Notes under the pieces: generated by a model
Told to the model about the DNA's origin: nothing
What the model saw: only the letters and a program-made list of their open reading frames with translations
Database searches by the model: none
Origin: Chitinophagales bacterium
GTDB lineage: Bacteria > Bacteroidota > Bacteroidia > Chitinophagales > LD1
Assembly: GCA_019638515.1 (NCBI GenBank)
Contig: JAHBTS010000002.1
Span: forward strand, 23,395 to 87,394
DNA length: 64,000 nt
Direction of reading: 5' to 3'
Shown: in pieces, positions 1-9,320 of the stretch
Numbering within the stretch: position 1 is the stretch's first letter
How the letters are laid out: every line of letters begins with the position of its first letter
Translations under genes and position numbers: made by a program

Positions 1-479
1 TAATAAAAAAGTGTGTACTGTTGATTTAGTGATTGCTTTATACGCAAATTGGTGCTGGCAAAATCGGGTTTGTCGAATATACTGTCTATTACAACTGGCT
101 TTCCGTTTTCAATAAACCTGCTGCTGAGGGGTTGCCCAATAAGTGCTGTGGCTGTTTTATCGCCACTTAAATAAAAAACCGTAGCACCGGATTTATTAAG
201 TTGAACATGCTGCAACAATCCACTTTGGTTTTTAAACTCTATGGTGCGAGTTGCTAAAAGTTGTAAATCATTGCTAAAAGACTGTAGCACATCGGTACTT
301 CCAAAAAGCCTTACCACATAGCCATCTTGGTTTTTTCCTATAATCTTGAATCGCGATGCTTTTGATGTGAGTTTGGTTGGAGTTGAAACATCAATTAATG
401 CTTGTGCAAATTCTATTTTAGGAAAAAAAGTAAAGAAAAAAGCAAAGGAAAAAAGTAAAGGTTGAATATAGTATCTCAT
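1..479 (-). CDS. hypothetical secreted protein (partial; runs off the left window edge)
   Basis: Not in the supplied track because it is open to the edge. Hand translation from ATG 479..477 gives MRYYIQPLLFSFAFFFTFFPKIEFAQALIDVS... with no stop down to position 1. N-terminus looks like a signal peptide. ATGA start/stop overlap with the upstream gene at 476..479. Confidence 0.5.
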   Translation of the reverse strand, partial: MRYYIQPLLFSFAFFFTFFPKIEFAQALIDVSTPTKLTSKASRFKIIGKNQDGYVVRLFGSTDVLQSFSNDLQLLATRTIEFKNQSGLLQHVQLNKSGATVFYLSGDKTATALIGQPLSSRFIENGKPVVIDSIFDKPDFASTNLRIKQSLNQQYTLFY

Positions 480-1264
480 GGTAGGTCTCCTGTTTCTATC
501 TGCAGCCAATTTTCTTCAAAATTCAAGTTGTTGTAGTTAATTACTTTCCATTCGCCTTTGTTGTATTCAAGTGCGGTTAGGTTTTCTACCCAATCGCCTG
601 AATTTACGTAAGTAACCGATCCTCTATCGGTTCTAATTACCTTTATTCCCGGCATGTGCGAATGTCCGTTTATTACAAAATCGTAGCCGTTTTCTACTGC
701 AATTTCGGCTGCGGTAATTTCGTAGTTGTTCAGTTTTTTTACCCCGCTTTTGGTGGCGCGCTTTATATGTTGGCTAAAGGTAGATTTTTCTCTGCCGAGC
801 AGGTCTAAGAAGAAATTTACCAATTTATTCAGCAGTATTAAAAGTTCATAACCTATACTGCCAAGTTTTGCCAGCCACTTGCTTCCGTGTATAGACACAT
901 CAAAAATATCGCCATGGAAAAACCAATGTTTTTTTCCATCTAACTCCAACACCAATTTGTCGTCTAATACAAAATTACCAAGATGCAAGCCACTGTATTT
1001 TCGCAGCAGTTCATCGTGGTTTCCGGTGAGGTAATACACCATTTTTCCGCTGCTCACATACTTGAAAATACGCTCTAGTACTTTGGAGTGTGCAGAGGGA
1101 AAATAGTAGGAGCGGAATTGCCAAATATCAATAATATCACCATTTAGAATTAAAATTTCAGGGTCTATACTTTTAAGGTATTGTAGTAATTCTTTGGCAC
1201 GGCAACCCACAAAGCCCAGATGTACATCAGAAATTACACAAATTTGAACCTTGCGTTTTGCCAT
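476..1264 (-). CDS. LpxH-like metallophosphoesterase (UDP-2,3-diacylglucosamine diphosphatase family)
   Basis: Track ORF 476..1315. Calcineurin-like phosphoesterase motifs present: DVHLG, GDIIDIW, GNHD, HGD, GHSH. The likely start is the internal MAKRKVQICVISDVHLG (ATG at 1264), not the longest ORF. Confidence 0.7.
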   Translation of the reverse strand: MAKRKVQICVISDVHLGFVGCRAKELLQYLKSIDPEILILNGDIIDIWQFRSYYFPSAHSKVLERIFKYVSSGKMVYYLTGNHDELLRKYSGLHLGNFVLDDKLVLELDGKKHWFFHGDIFDVSIHGSKWLAKLGSIGYELLILLNKLVNFFLDLLGREKSTFSQHIKRATKSGVKKLNNYEITAAEIAVENGYDFVINGHSHMPGIKVIRTDRGSVTYVNSGDWVENLTALEYNKGEWKVINYNNLNFEENWLQIETGDLP

Positions 1265-1421
1265 AAGTGCAATATAGTAATAGAACCGAATGCAGCAAAA
1301 ATTGTATTTGTACAAGAACTAAAACACTAATTGCTCTTAGCACACAATTGGTGGATAAAAATTGTTTATGATACAAGGTTGAAAAAACATTTTCGCTCCC
1401 GACTTTGAGAAATTCAACAGC

Positions 1422-1706
1422 GTGAAACAAGTAACCACCATTAATTCCCCTACTGTATTTGAGTACGATTTTGTAACTAAAGACGTACTCTCCAATGCCT
1501 ATCATATTGAGCTTAGAAAAGATACGCTTTATTTAGCAATGGTGTTAGGCAATAACTACGGTAAAAAAGTACAAATGCAGGTAGCTACCGTGGAAGAAAC
1601 TATTGAATTGCATGGCATTGTTTTAGCTATGAATGAAACTACTGTTTTTTTGAAAGGTGGAACTAAAATTCCTATTCATGTTATTTCAGAAGTAAAAGTA
1701 TATTAG
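1422..1706 (+). CDS. small hypothetical protein, tandem paralog A
   Basis: 94-aa ORF. Shares LGN..GKKV...T.E......V.LKGG..IP....V with the next ORF. No family recognised. Confidence 0.45.
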   Translation: MKQVTTINSPTVFEYDFVTKDVLSNAYHIELRKDTLYLAMVLGNNYGKKVQMQVATVEETIELHGIVLAMNETTVFLKGGTKIPIHVISEVKVY

Positions 1707-1760
1707 AAGAAACCTTCTTGTATTTTTCGCGTAAGTACTTAGGAACCTTATAGAATACTT

Positions 1761-2048
1761 ATGCTTTTAGCCGCTACCTCAAAAATTGAAAAAGAATTTA
1801 TTGCTACTTGTAATTTCACTAATGGAAGAATTGCACTTTCAAAAGAAGAAAGCAGACAAAACGACCGTAAGTTGTATTGTGCCATGTTGCTTGGCAATGC
1901 CTTTCATGGTAAAGTGAAAATTCAATTTTCTACCACAGAGGGTAGGCGCACCGTAGAAACTACGGTATGGGCTTTTACCGATAACTTTGTAATGTTGAAA
2001 GGTGGTGTGTTTATACCCACCGAGTCTGTAGTTTCGGTAGAGCTATAA
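1761..2048 (+). CDS. small hypothetical protein, tandem paralog B
   Basis: 95-aa ORF directly downstream. Collinear motif similarity to 1422..1706 (LLGNAFHGKVKIQFSTTEG...FVMLKGGVFIP). Confidence 0.45.
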   Translation: MLLAATSKIEKEFIATCNFTNGRIALSKEESRQNDRKLYCAMLLGNAFHGKVKIQFSTTEGRRTVETTVWAFTDNFVMLKGGVFIPTESVVSVEL

Positions 2049-2058
2049 TCAATACCTT

Positions 2059-3093
2059 TTACTTATGGCGCTCCAGCAAAGAGTTTTCTACACGACCTTT
2101 GCGGAATACTTGTCGTCCTTTATTCACTCCTTTGCGTAATTCGCGTTGGTGTTCTTCCGGTAAGTGCAAAGTGTTTTTGCAATCGGTAGAGCAGCAGCCT
2201 TCAAACTTTTCTTTACAAGCCGGGCATTGAATAAACAACAAATGGCAGCCATCGTTGGCGCAGTTGGTATGTGTATCGCAACTGGTGCCGCATTGGTGGC
2301 AGTGTGCTACAATTTCGTTGCTAATACGTTCGCCCAAGCGTTCGTCAAACACAAAATTTTTACCCTTAAATTTATTCTCTAAGCCTTGTGCTTTTACTTG
2401 TCTGGCATATTCAATGATGCCGCCTTCTAATTGATAAACATTTTTAAAGCCTTTGTGTTTGTAGTAGGCGCTTGCTTTTTCGCAGCGGATGCCTCCGGTA
2501 CAATACATAATGATGTGTTTATCTTTATGTGGCTCTAAAATTTTTTCTACCAGCGGAAGTGCTTCTTTAAATGTATCTACATCGGGCAATATGGCATTTT
2601 CAAAATAGCCAACTTCGTGCTCGTAGTGGTTACGCATATCCACAATAATGGTATCGGGCTTTGAAGCTAATTCATTAAATGCGGCTGCCTTTAGGTGAAT
2701 GCCTTTATTGGTAACATCAAAGGTGCTGTCGTTTAATCCATCGGCTACAATTTTGGCGCGTACTTTAATATCTAATGCAAAGAATGATTTGCCATCGTCT
2801 TCCACTGCAATATTTAAGCGTATGCCTGATAAGAAATCAATACTGTAAAGGTAATTCTTTAGCGATTCAAAATTTTCTGATGGAACAGAAATTTGCGCAT
2901 TTACTCCTTCGTAACCTACGTAAATTCTACCTAAAACTCCGAGCAAATCCAATTGTTTGTAGATGGTGTTTCGGAATAAATCCGGATCGGTAATTTTAGC
3001 GTATTGGTAAAATGAAAGTGTAGTACGCGGAGTACTGTCGTTCTGTATTTTTTCTTTCAGAACTTTTCTGTTGAATTTATTGTGCAATTGCAT
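2059..3093 (-). CDS. trhO: rhodanese-domain protein, TrhO/YceA family (tRNA uridine(34) hydroxylase)
   Basis: 344 aa. UPF0176-type N-terminus, rhodanese active-site loop CTGGIRCEKAS, and a Cys-rich C-terminal tail typical of YceA/TrhO. Confidence 0.75.
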   Translation of the reverse strand: MQLHNKFNRKVLKEKIQNDSTPRTTLSFYQYAKITDPDLFRNTIYKQLDLLGVLGRIYVGYEGVNAQISVPSENFESLKNYLYSIDFLSGIRLNIAVEDDGKSFFALDIKVRAKIVADGLNDSTFDVTNKGIHLKAAAFNELASKPDTIIVDMRNHYEHEVGYFENAILPDVDTFKEALPLVEKILEPHKDKHIIMYCTGGIRCEKASAYYKHKGFKNVYQLEGGIIEYARQVKAQGLENKFKGKNFVFDERLGERISNEIVAHCHQCGTSCDTHTNCANDGCHLLFIQCPACKEKFEGCCSTDCKNTLHLPEEHQRELRKGVNKGRQVFRKGRVENSLLERHK

Positions 3094-3162
3094 GTTGCAT
3101 CACTTTTTGTGAAACGCAAATATATAGATAACTGCCTATTTTTAATGTAAACTTAGCAGTAT

Positions 3163-3981
3163 TTATGCCAGCAACATGGGTAAAACTGCCAATCCATAAA
3201 GCAGAATTACACTTTCTAAAACCACATTAAACTTAGCTGAAGCATCGTTGGGTTTAGCATTCCAAATGGTGATGGCGGAAAATGCTAATAATGAAATTCT
3301 AATTACAGTGGTGATTACATGAGTTTCAGAAAAGAGAAGAGAAACTGCGCAGCATAACAAAAGGAGTATGCTCAGTTGCTTTAGTTTTGTTTCTCCAACT
3401 GAAAGTAAAAAGGAGCGATGTTTTTCTTCAACATCTAATGCAGCATCTCTTAAATCGAAAGACATGCTGAGTGCGGCAATTAAAAAGAAAACCTGCATGA
3501 AGAAACTGATGAAGGCTGTTGTTTTATTGAATCCACATGGAAAGGCAACCGTTGCCAAGCTCCAATTGGCTCCAACCACAAAGTGTTTCAACCAATAAAT
3601 ATCGCGGAGGCGTTTGCCATCTTTTTTTAGAGAAATAGGAATGAAGTAAAGAAAAGTAAGGGCTGCCAATGTTGCTAAAACAATAAGCTGCTGCACAGAA
3701 ACCATGTGGCGAAATTCTAGCAATAAACCAAGTGCCAGCGATGCTGCACCAATTAAGGCAATTGAAATAATTGCAAAGTTTTTGGGTAGGGAAGAAGCGC
3801 CTTCATTACTGTGTTTAAACACTAAACGCGAGCGCATGGTTAAGTATGCCAATGCGGTAAGCAAGGCAGAGAAAGCTCCGGTTAGGCATGCCTGTAATTC
3901 GCTACACTTTACAATAAACAAGGTGTTGAGCGTTAGGCTGAATGCTGCTGCGGCAAGTAAGAGTAGGTTTATCCAAAACAA
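3163..3981 (-). CDS. polytopic integral membrane protein, unknown function
   Basis: 272 aa, hydrophobic throughout with about 8 predicted helices. No diagnostic motif that I trust. Confidence 0.5.
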   Translation of the reverse strand: MFWINLLLLAAAAFSLTLNTLFIVKCSELQACLTGAFSALLTALAYLTMRSRLVFKHSNEGASSLPKNFAIISIALIGAASLALGLLLEFRHMVSVQQLIVLATLAALTFLYFIPISLKKDGKRLRDIYWLKHFVVGANWSLATVAFPCGFNKTTAFISFFMQVFFLIAALSMSFDLRDAALDVEEKHRSFLLSVGETKLKQLSILLLLCCAVSLLFSETHVITTVIRISLLAFSAITIWNAKPNDASAKFNVVLESVILLYGLAVLPMLLA

Positions 3982-4032
3982 GATTGCTATTTTACTTAAT
4001 GCAATTTAATGTTTTGAATTTGAAGTGTTTTT

Positions 4033-5031
4033 TTACAAAATTTTCAACACGATTTTTCCAAATTGTTCTCGCTGCTCCATTCGCTCAATTGCTTTTTGTG
4101 CTTTTTCCATTGGAAAAACTTCATCAATAATTGGCTTGAGTTGATGTGTGTTTACAAAGTTTACCATGTTTGCAAAATCTTGGTTGCTGCCCATGGTGGA
4201 GCCTAAAATATTGAGCTGCTTCCAAAATATTTTTTGAGGATTTAGTGCAGCAATATTGCCGGTGGTACCTCCGTAAAACACAATGCTTGCTCCGGGATTG
4301 GCAATATCAATGAGTTTTGGAAATCCCTCTCCGGCTGCACTATCTATAATAATATCGAAGCCGCCATACTCTTCCAATAATTGCTTGTGCCAGTTTTCTT
4401 GCTTGTAATTTACTCCGGCAATTACTCCTAAATGAATGGCCTTTTTAATTTTGTCTTCGCTGCCTGAAGTTACGAATACTTGTGCGCCTGCGGCAACTGC
4501 AAATTGCATGGCAAATAGCGCCACGCCTCCACCTATTCCGGTAATCAATACTTTTTGCCCTGCTTGGCATTGGGCGCGGCTAAATAGTGTGCGCCATGCG
4601 GTTAGTCCTGCAAGTGGGAGGGCTGCTGCTTCTTCGTGCGTCAAATGTTCGGGCTTAGGTGCAATATTATTTTGTGAAACGGTTACATACTCTGCAAAGG
4701 TGCCATTATCCGGCAGGCCGAGAATTTTGTAGTGTTTGGATTGCACTTTTTCGTTTTCGCCCCAATGGCAAGAGGGGTTTATTATTACCTCTTTTCCAAT
4801 AAGATCAAATGAAATTCCCTCGCCTGCGGCTTCTATAACTCCACAGCCATCGCTACCCAAAACAATGGGGAATTTTAAACCTGCATATTGCCCCTTTTGT
4901 ATCCATAAATCGCGATGGTTAAATGCTGCGGCATAAACTTTTACTAAAACTTCGCCAGCCAAAGGCATTGGCTTTTCTATATCTTCAATAGCGAAAGATT
5001 GGAGTTTATCTTTTAATAGTACTGCTTTCAT
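4033..5031 (-). CDS. zinc-type alcohol dehydrogenase / quinone oxidoreductase family (MDR superfamily)
   Basis: 332 aa. GroES-like N-terminus and a Rossmann motif (LITGIGGGVALFAMQFA) typical of MDR oxidoreductases. Confidence 0.8.
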   Translation of the reverse strand: MKAVLLKDKLQSFAIEDIEKPMPLAGEVLVKVYAAAFNHRDLWIQKGQYAGLKFPIVLGSDGCGVIEAAGEGISFDLIGKEVIINPSCHWGENEKVQSKHYKILGLPDNGTFAEYVTVSQNNIAPKPEHLTHEEAAALPLAGLTAWRTLFSRAQCQAGQKVLITGIGGGVALFAMQFAVAAGAQVFVTSGSEDKIKKAIHLGVIAGVNYKQENWHKQLLEEYGGFDIIIDSAAGEGFPKLIDIANPGASIVFYGGTTGNIAALNPQKIFWKQLNILGSTMGSNQDFANMVNFVNTHQLKPIIDEVFPMEKAQKAIERMEQREQFGKIVLKIL

Positions 5032-5033
5032 GG

Positions 5034-6083
5034 TTAATAGTATTTACAATTTTCAATTTCAAGAATAATATCTTTTCCGTATGCAGTGGCGGGAGTTTGG
5101 TAGCCTATTTTAAACTGGTTGTTATATACTTTTTTTGCAATAAGTGCAGTAGTGAGCGCTGTTAGATGATAGCCTTCGGGAGTTTGCAGCCGCATTTCAA
5201 TTCTATTTCCATTGGAGTTTTCTACACAGCCCCAAAAGTAACTTCTTCCTGCTTCGCGCTGTTGGGCATTGGGGCCGGGAGGGCGTTTGTTTACCTGCTG
5301 TTTTAAAAAGTTTTTTACAAAAGACAGTTTGAAGAGCCAACGGAGGTAGTTGGAGCGTTTCATTTGTGAAATAAGTGAAGCGGGGGCGCTCATATATACT
5401 TGAATATTAGGAATGCCGGTGCTGCTATATGCGGTAGAAATATCGCCCCAAGGAATTGTAACTGCTGTTGTTTTGAATGAGCCAAAATCAACTTCTCGCA
5501 CATGGTATGCGGCTGCTACCGATTGTAGTTTTCCGTATTGCCGTATGGTGCCGCCTTCTCCTAAATTTTCAACCATTGTTTTGGCGGTGCCTCTGCTAAA
5601 TCCGCCTTTTAGAGCTGCAAACGCCAATGATAGGTATTGTGCATCGGGCATTTTTTCTTTTAGTGCATTGGCAAGGCAATCGGATGGTACTACATCGAAC
5701 CCAACTCCGGGTAGCACCATAATACCAGCCTTTTGTGCTGCGGTATCTTGTGCTTTACAACCTTCAAAGACTTGGTATTCGCCTGTTATGTCTAAGTAGT
5801 GCGTTTGGGTTGCTATGCAGGCTTGCAACATTTTTTCATAGGTGTGAATAAATGGGCCTGCTGCATGAATTACTATTTTACAATTGGCAAGTGCACTTTT
5901 AATTGCTTCTACATCATGCAGTTGAAATGCAATGGTTTCTAAAGCGTATGTTTTACCTAACAGTTGCAGGACGTTGATATTTCTTCCTGCCAGCACAGGT
6001 TGTATGCCTTGCTTTAGTAATGTTTGGATAATTAAATTTCCGGTATAGCCGGTAGCGCCATAAAGCAAAACTTTCTCTTTCAT
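5034..6083 (-). CDS. saccharopine dehydrogenase family NAD(P)-binding protein
   Basis: 349 aa. N-terminal LLYGATGYTGNLI dinucleotide-binding motif and an overall saccharopine dehydrogenase-like layout. Confidence 0.65.
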   Translation of the reverse strand: MKEKVLLYGATGYTGNLIIQTLLKQGIQPVLAGRNINVLQLLGKTYALETIAFQLHDVEAIKSALANCKIVIHAAGPFIHTYEKMLQACIATQTHYLDITGEYQVFEGCKAQDTAAQKAGIMVLPGVGFDVVPSDCLANALKEKMPDAQYLSLAFAALKGGFSRGTAKTMVENLGEGGTIRQYGKLQSVAAAYHVREVDFGSFKTTAVTIPWGDISTAYSSTGIPNIQVYMSAPASLISQMKRSNYLRWLFKLSFVKNFLKQQVNKRPPGPNAQQREAGRSYFWGCVENSNGNRIEMRLQTPEGYHLTALTTALIAKKVYNNQFKIGYQTPATAYGKDIILEIENCKYY

Positions 6084-6577
6084 TTTTTTTGAATGGATTC
6101 TAATAGTGGCAACTCTAAATTACGAACAAAACTTTCTTCTAGCGAAATTAGAGTTTCTGTGCGGTTAATGCCTTCTATCTTTTGTATTTTATCGTGCAGC
6201 ACTGTTCTTAGGTGCTGTGTATCACGGCAATGAATTTTAATAAATAAACTATAGTTTCCCGTGGTGTAGTGGCAACTTACAATTTCAGGAATCTTTTTCA
6301 ATTCTTTTATTACGCCATCGTACATATCGCTTTTGTTGAGGTACACACCAATAAACGCAGTGATGTCGTATCCCATTTTGGGTAAATCTATTTGCACCTG
6401 AGGAGCCCTTGCGATGCCGTATTCCGTAAGTTTTTTCATGCGTACATGCACCGTGCCTGGCGAAACATAAAGTTCTTTAGCTATTTCGGTAAAGGGTGTA
6501 AAGGCATCTTTTTGTAAGATATTTAATAGTTGAATATCGGTATTATCAATTTCGTAATCTACATGTCGTTTTTCCAT
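6080..6577 (-). CDS. Lrp/AsnC family transcriptional regulator
   Basis: 165 aa. N-terminal HTH (DIQLLNILQKDAFTPFTEIAKELYVSPGTVHVRMKKL) plus a C-terminal RAM/AsnC domain. 4-nt overlap with the downstream gene. Confidence 0.85.
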   Translation of the reverse strand: MEKRHVDYEIDNTDIQLLNILQKDAFTPFTEIAKELYVSPGTVHVRMKKLTEYGIARAPQVQIDLPKMGYDITAFIGVYLNKSDMYDGVIKELKKIPEIVSCHYTTGNYSLFIKIHCRDTQHLRTVLHDKIQKIEGINRTETLISLEESFVRNLELPLLESIQKK

Positions 6578-6654
6578 CTTTAATTATTGTTTTTATTTTA
6601 AAATGCTATTTATTTTGAATGAAATGTAATAATTTGTTGATTTTGAAACATTTC

Positions 6655-6685
6655 TTGCAAAGAAACGAATATGATTTTATATTTG
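6655..6685 (+). promoter_or_regulatory. Bacteroidota-type promoter (TTG-N20-TATATTTG) for the tRNA-like RNA
   Basis: TTG at 6655..6657 and TATATTTG at 6678..6685, 17 nt before the RNA 5' end. Architecture is nearly identical to the tRNA-Asp promoter (TCTTGCA...TATATTTGC in both). Confidence 0.5.
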
Positions 6686-6702
6686 CAACACGTTCTTAAA
6701 AT

Positions 6703-6843
6703 TGTTGGGTGATGGAATTAGGCAAACATGCCCACCGGTCTCGTGGGTGAGGAAAAAGGTATAAACCCGGCAAGCGTTGAAGTTGCTTCAACGCTTGCTT
6801 TGGCTAACCGCCTCTTGCAGGTTCGAGTCCTGCTCCAACAGCA
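6703..6843 (+). ncRNA. atypical tRNA-like RNA (~141 nt): class-II tRNA scaffold, non-canonical anticodon loop, ~68-nt variable arm
   Basis: Hand fold:
- acceptor TGTTGGG / TCCAACA (7 bp)
- U8
- D arm ATG-GAATTAGGCAAA-CAT, containing GG
- anticodon arm CCCAC-CGGTCTC-GTGGG
- long rod including a perfect 13-bp hairpin GCAAGCGTTGAAG-TTG-CTTCAACGCTTGC (6770..6798)
- T arm GCAGG-TTCGAGT-CCTGC
- discriminator G, followed by a T-run
It has its own promoter. The anticodon loop lacks U33 and a purine at position 37. Confidence 0.5.
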
Positions 6844-7070
6844 ATTTTTTTACTATGGATATGGATAAAGTTTGGTTCTTATTGTTAGCAAACAGTTTTT
6901 TAACTGCATGGTGGTTTCGTAAAATAATAATACGCATAGTGCTGTTTCGCGCTGTGTTTCCGCAAAAGGTATAACTCCGGAAAGATTTTCGTTCGTTCTG
7001 TCCGTTTTGTTAGGCTGTGAAATTTAAATGTTTCGCAGCCTTTATTATTTTCGGCTGGCTTGAAATAAAA

Positions 7071-7463
7071 ATGGCTAAGAAGAAAAAGTTGCCGCCTTCC
7101 GGTGCGCTAAATACTAATGTTTTAAAGATGTTTATGATGGGTGCTGCCAATCCGGCAGGCAGTAATAAAACCTTTTCGCATAGTGCCGATGTTGTAGATT
7201 TGCATATTGAACAAAGCGCTGTAAAATATAAAAAGATTGATGCCACAGAGGCATTGATATTGCAATTGGAGCAGGTTGAAAAGAGTATTGATGCCGCTAT
7301 TGCATCGGGCAAAATGGAAATACGCGTAATACACGGTTTAGGAAAAGGTAAGCTGAAGGAAGAAATTCATAAAATGCTCAGGAAACATCCGCACGTTTGC
7401 AGTTTTGAAAATGATTACACACCAAGCTATGGTTGGGGCAGTACGCTCATAAAATTTTACTGA
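7071..7463 (+). CDS. Smr/MutS2-type small domain protein
   Basis: Track ORF 7017..7463, with MAKKKKLPPSG (ATG 7071) as the likely start. The C-terminal Smr motif IRVIHGLGKGKLKEEIHKML is present. Confidence 0.7.
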   Translation: MAKKKKLPPSGALNTNVLKMFMMGAANPAGSNKTFSHSADVVDLHIEQSAVKYKKIDATEALILQLEQVEKSIDAAIASGKMEIRVIHGLGKGKLKEEIHKMLRKHPHVCSFENDYTPSYGWGSTLIKFY

Positions 7464-8104
7464 TGAATCTGCCGTATAATTACATAGCAATTGAGGGCAG
7501 TATTGGAGCAGGGAAAACAACTCTGGCTTCGAAATTAGCACAGGATACAGCTGCCATGCTGCTACTCGAAAAGTTTGAAGACAATCCTTTTCTCCCTAAA
7601 TTTTATGCCGATCCACAACGTCATGCTTTTTCGGTAGAGCTATATTTTACGGCAGAAAGATACAGGCAGTTGAGTCAGTTTTTAGCCGCAAGTAGCGCAT
7701 CGCTTTTTAATACACTTACGGTAAGCGATTTTATTTTTCAAAAAAGCTTGGTGTTTGCCGGCACTAATTTAGATAACGATGAATTGAAGTTGTATAGAGT
7801 GTTGTTTGATATTATGTTGCCCACATTGCCGCAGCCCGATATTGTTTTTTATTTGTATGCGCCCATAGATGAACTGTTGAAAAATATAAAAAAAAGAGGT
7901 AGAAGCTATGAGCAGCATATAAAGGGCGAATATCTGGAAAGTATTCAGCAGGCATATTTGAGCTACTTTAAACAAATGCCCGATTTAAAAGTAGTACTCA
8001 TAAACACACAGCGCTTCGATTTTGTTGGAAGGGCAAACGATTATTCCTTCTTTAAGGAATTGATAAACACTCAGTTTACAAAAGGAATTACAGCCATAGA
8101 ATGA
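7463..8104 (+). CDS. deoxynucleoside kinase
   Basis: Walker A IAIEGSIGAGKTTLA and dNK-like length. The likely start MNLPYNY at 7463 overlaps the Smr stop (TGATG). Confidence 0.8.
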   Translation: MNLPYNYIAIEGSIGAGKTTLASKLAQDTAAMLLLEKFEDNPFLPKFYADPQRHAFSVELYFTAERYRQLSQFLAASSASLFNTLTVSDFIFQKSLVFAGTNLDNDELKLYRVLFDIMLPTLPQPDIVFYLYAPIDELLKNIKKRGRSYEQHIKGEYLESIQQAYLSYFKQMPDLKVVLINTQRFDFVGRANDYSFFKELINTQFTKGITAIE

Positions 8105-8997
8105 TTTTTCTTGAAACTGCATTGGCGTCTCCTCCGCTTCAAACTATTGAGCATGCTGCATTTGAGGCTGCTTGTTTGCAAGTTAAGCTACTTCGTTTAG
8201 ATACAATTCATCCGGTAGTAAATGGCAATAAATGGTTTAAGCTAAAGCACAATCTCCTCTTTGCTGCAAGGCATTCGTATAAAGGTATTCTTACATTCGG
8301 AGGGCAATACTCAAATCATATTCATGCTGCCGCGGGAGCTGCTAATTTGCTTGGAATGCAAAGCGTGGGAATTATTGCAGGAGCCAATGCGCACAAACTT
8401 ACTCCAACTTTACAATTTGCATTGGAGCAAAACATGCAATTGCATTTTGTGAGTCGCCATACTTACCGCGCTAAACACGAACCGGAACAAATAAAAGAGT
8501 GGCAACAATTGTTTCCCAATTACCTAATTGTGCCTGAGGGTGGAACCAATCTGCTAGCCGTAAAAGGAACATCAGAAATTTGTACGCTTATTAAAGAACC
8601 CTTTGATTATGTTGTAACTGCTTGTGGCACAGGCGGCACTTTGGCCGGATTAGCCAATAGTGTAGAAAAGCACCAAACAGCCATTGGCATTTCGGTATTG
8701 AAAGGAGACGATTTACTTACGCCTGCTATTGAAACTCTTATTGGTTCAAACAAAAATTTTCGTGTAATTACAGGTTATCATGGTGGCGGGTATGCAAAAG
8801 TTTCACCGGAGCTAGTTTGCTTTATCAGAACTTTTTATAGCCAAACAGGAATACTATTGGAGCAAGTGTACACCGCCAAAATGCTTATGGCTGTTATTGA
8901 TTTGGCAAAACAACACTTTTTTAAGAAGAACAGCACCTTGGTTTTGTTGCATACGGGTGGTTTGCAAGGCTTAGACACATCTATTGTAAGCATTTAG
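8101..8997 (+). CDS. PLP-dependent enzyme, ACC deaminase / D-cysteine desulfhydrase family
   Basis: 298 aa. NGNKWFKLK (PLP-lysine motif of the family) and a Gly-rich loop ACGTGGTLAG. Confidence 0.7.
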   Translation: MIFLETALASPPLQTIEHAAFEAACLQVKLLRLDTIHPVVNGNKWFKLKHNLLFAARHSYKGILTFGGQYSNHIHAAAGAANLLGMQSVGIIAGANAHKLTPTLQFALEQNMQLHFVSRHTYRAKHEPEQIKEWQQLFPNYLIVPEGGTNLLAVKGTSEICTLIKEPFDYVVTACGTGGTLAGLANSVEKHQTAIGISVLKGDDLLTPAIETLIGSNKNFRVITGYHGGGYAKVSPELVCFIRTFYSQTGILLEQVYTAKMLMAVIDLAKQHFFKKNSTLVLLHTGGLQGLDTSIVSI

Positions 8998-9320
8998 TTT
9001 TGGAATATCGGTTGTGTTTTTTCTAAAACCTTTTACTGTGGCGGGTTCTGAATGTTTTTCATGTAATGGAAGAGGCAAGTGGGTTGCAAACAGCATAACC
9101 TTACTTCTACGGCAATGCACTAAAAAAGGTTACATCTAATTATCTTGAATGCACGGGTTTTAAAACCAATAAGTTATTGATTATCAATTGTATTTGTTTT
9201 TAATTAGTGAAATAACAAACTCAACAATATGCTTAATGTGTAAAACACAAGGGGTGTTTGGCAACCTATGTTTGCATCATGTAAACGATATTGTTTACAG
9301 GGCACAAAAAAATCTGAATT

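Noticed and set aside
1227-1505. 92-aa minus-strand ORF spanning the lpxH-like start region and the intergenic region.
   Set aside because: It overlaps the 5' end of the lpxH-like gene and the start of the plus-strand small ORF. It has no motifs and an odd composition, so it is most likely spurious.
6777-6974. 65-aa plus-strand ORF.
   Set aside because: It starts inside the tRNA-like RNA (within its 13-bp hairpin and T arm) and runs through the T-run that follows. Its composition is not coding-like.
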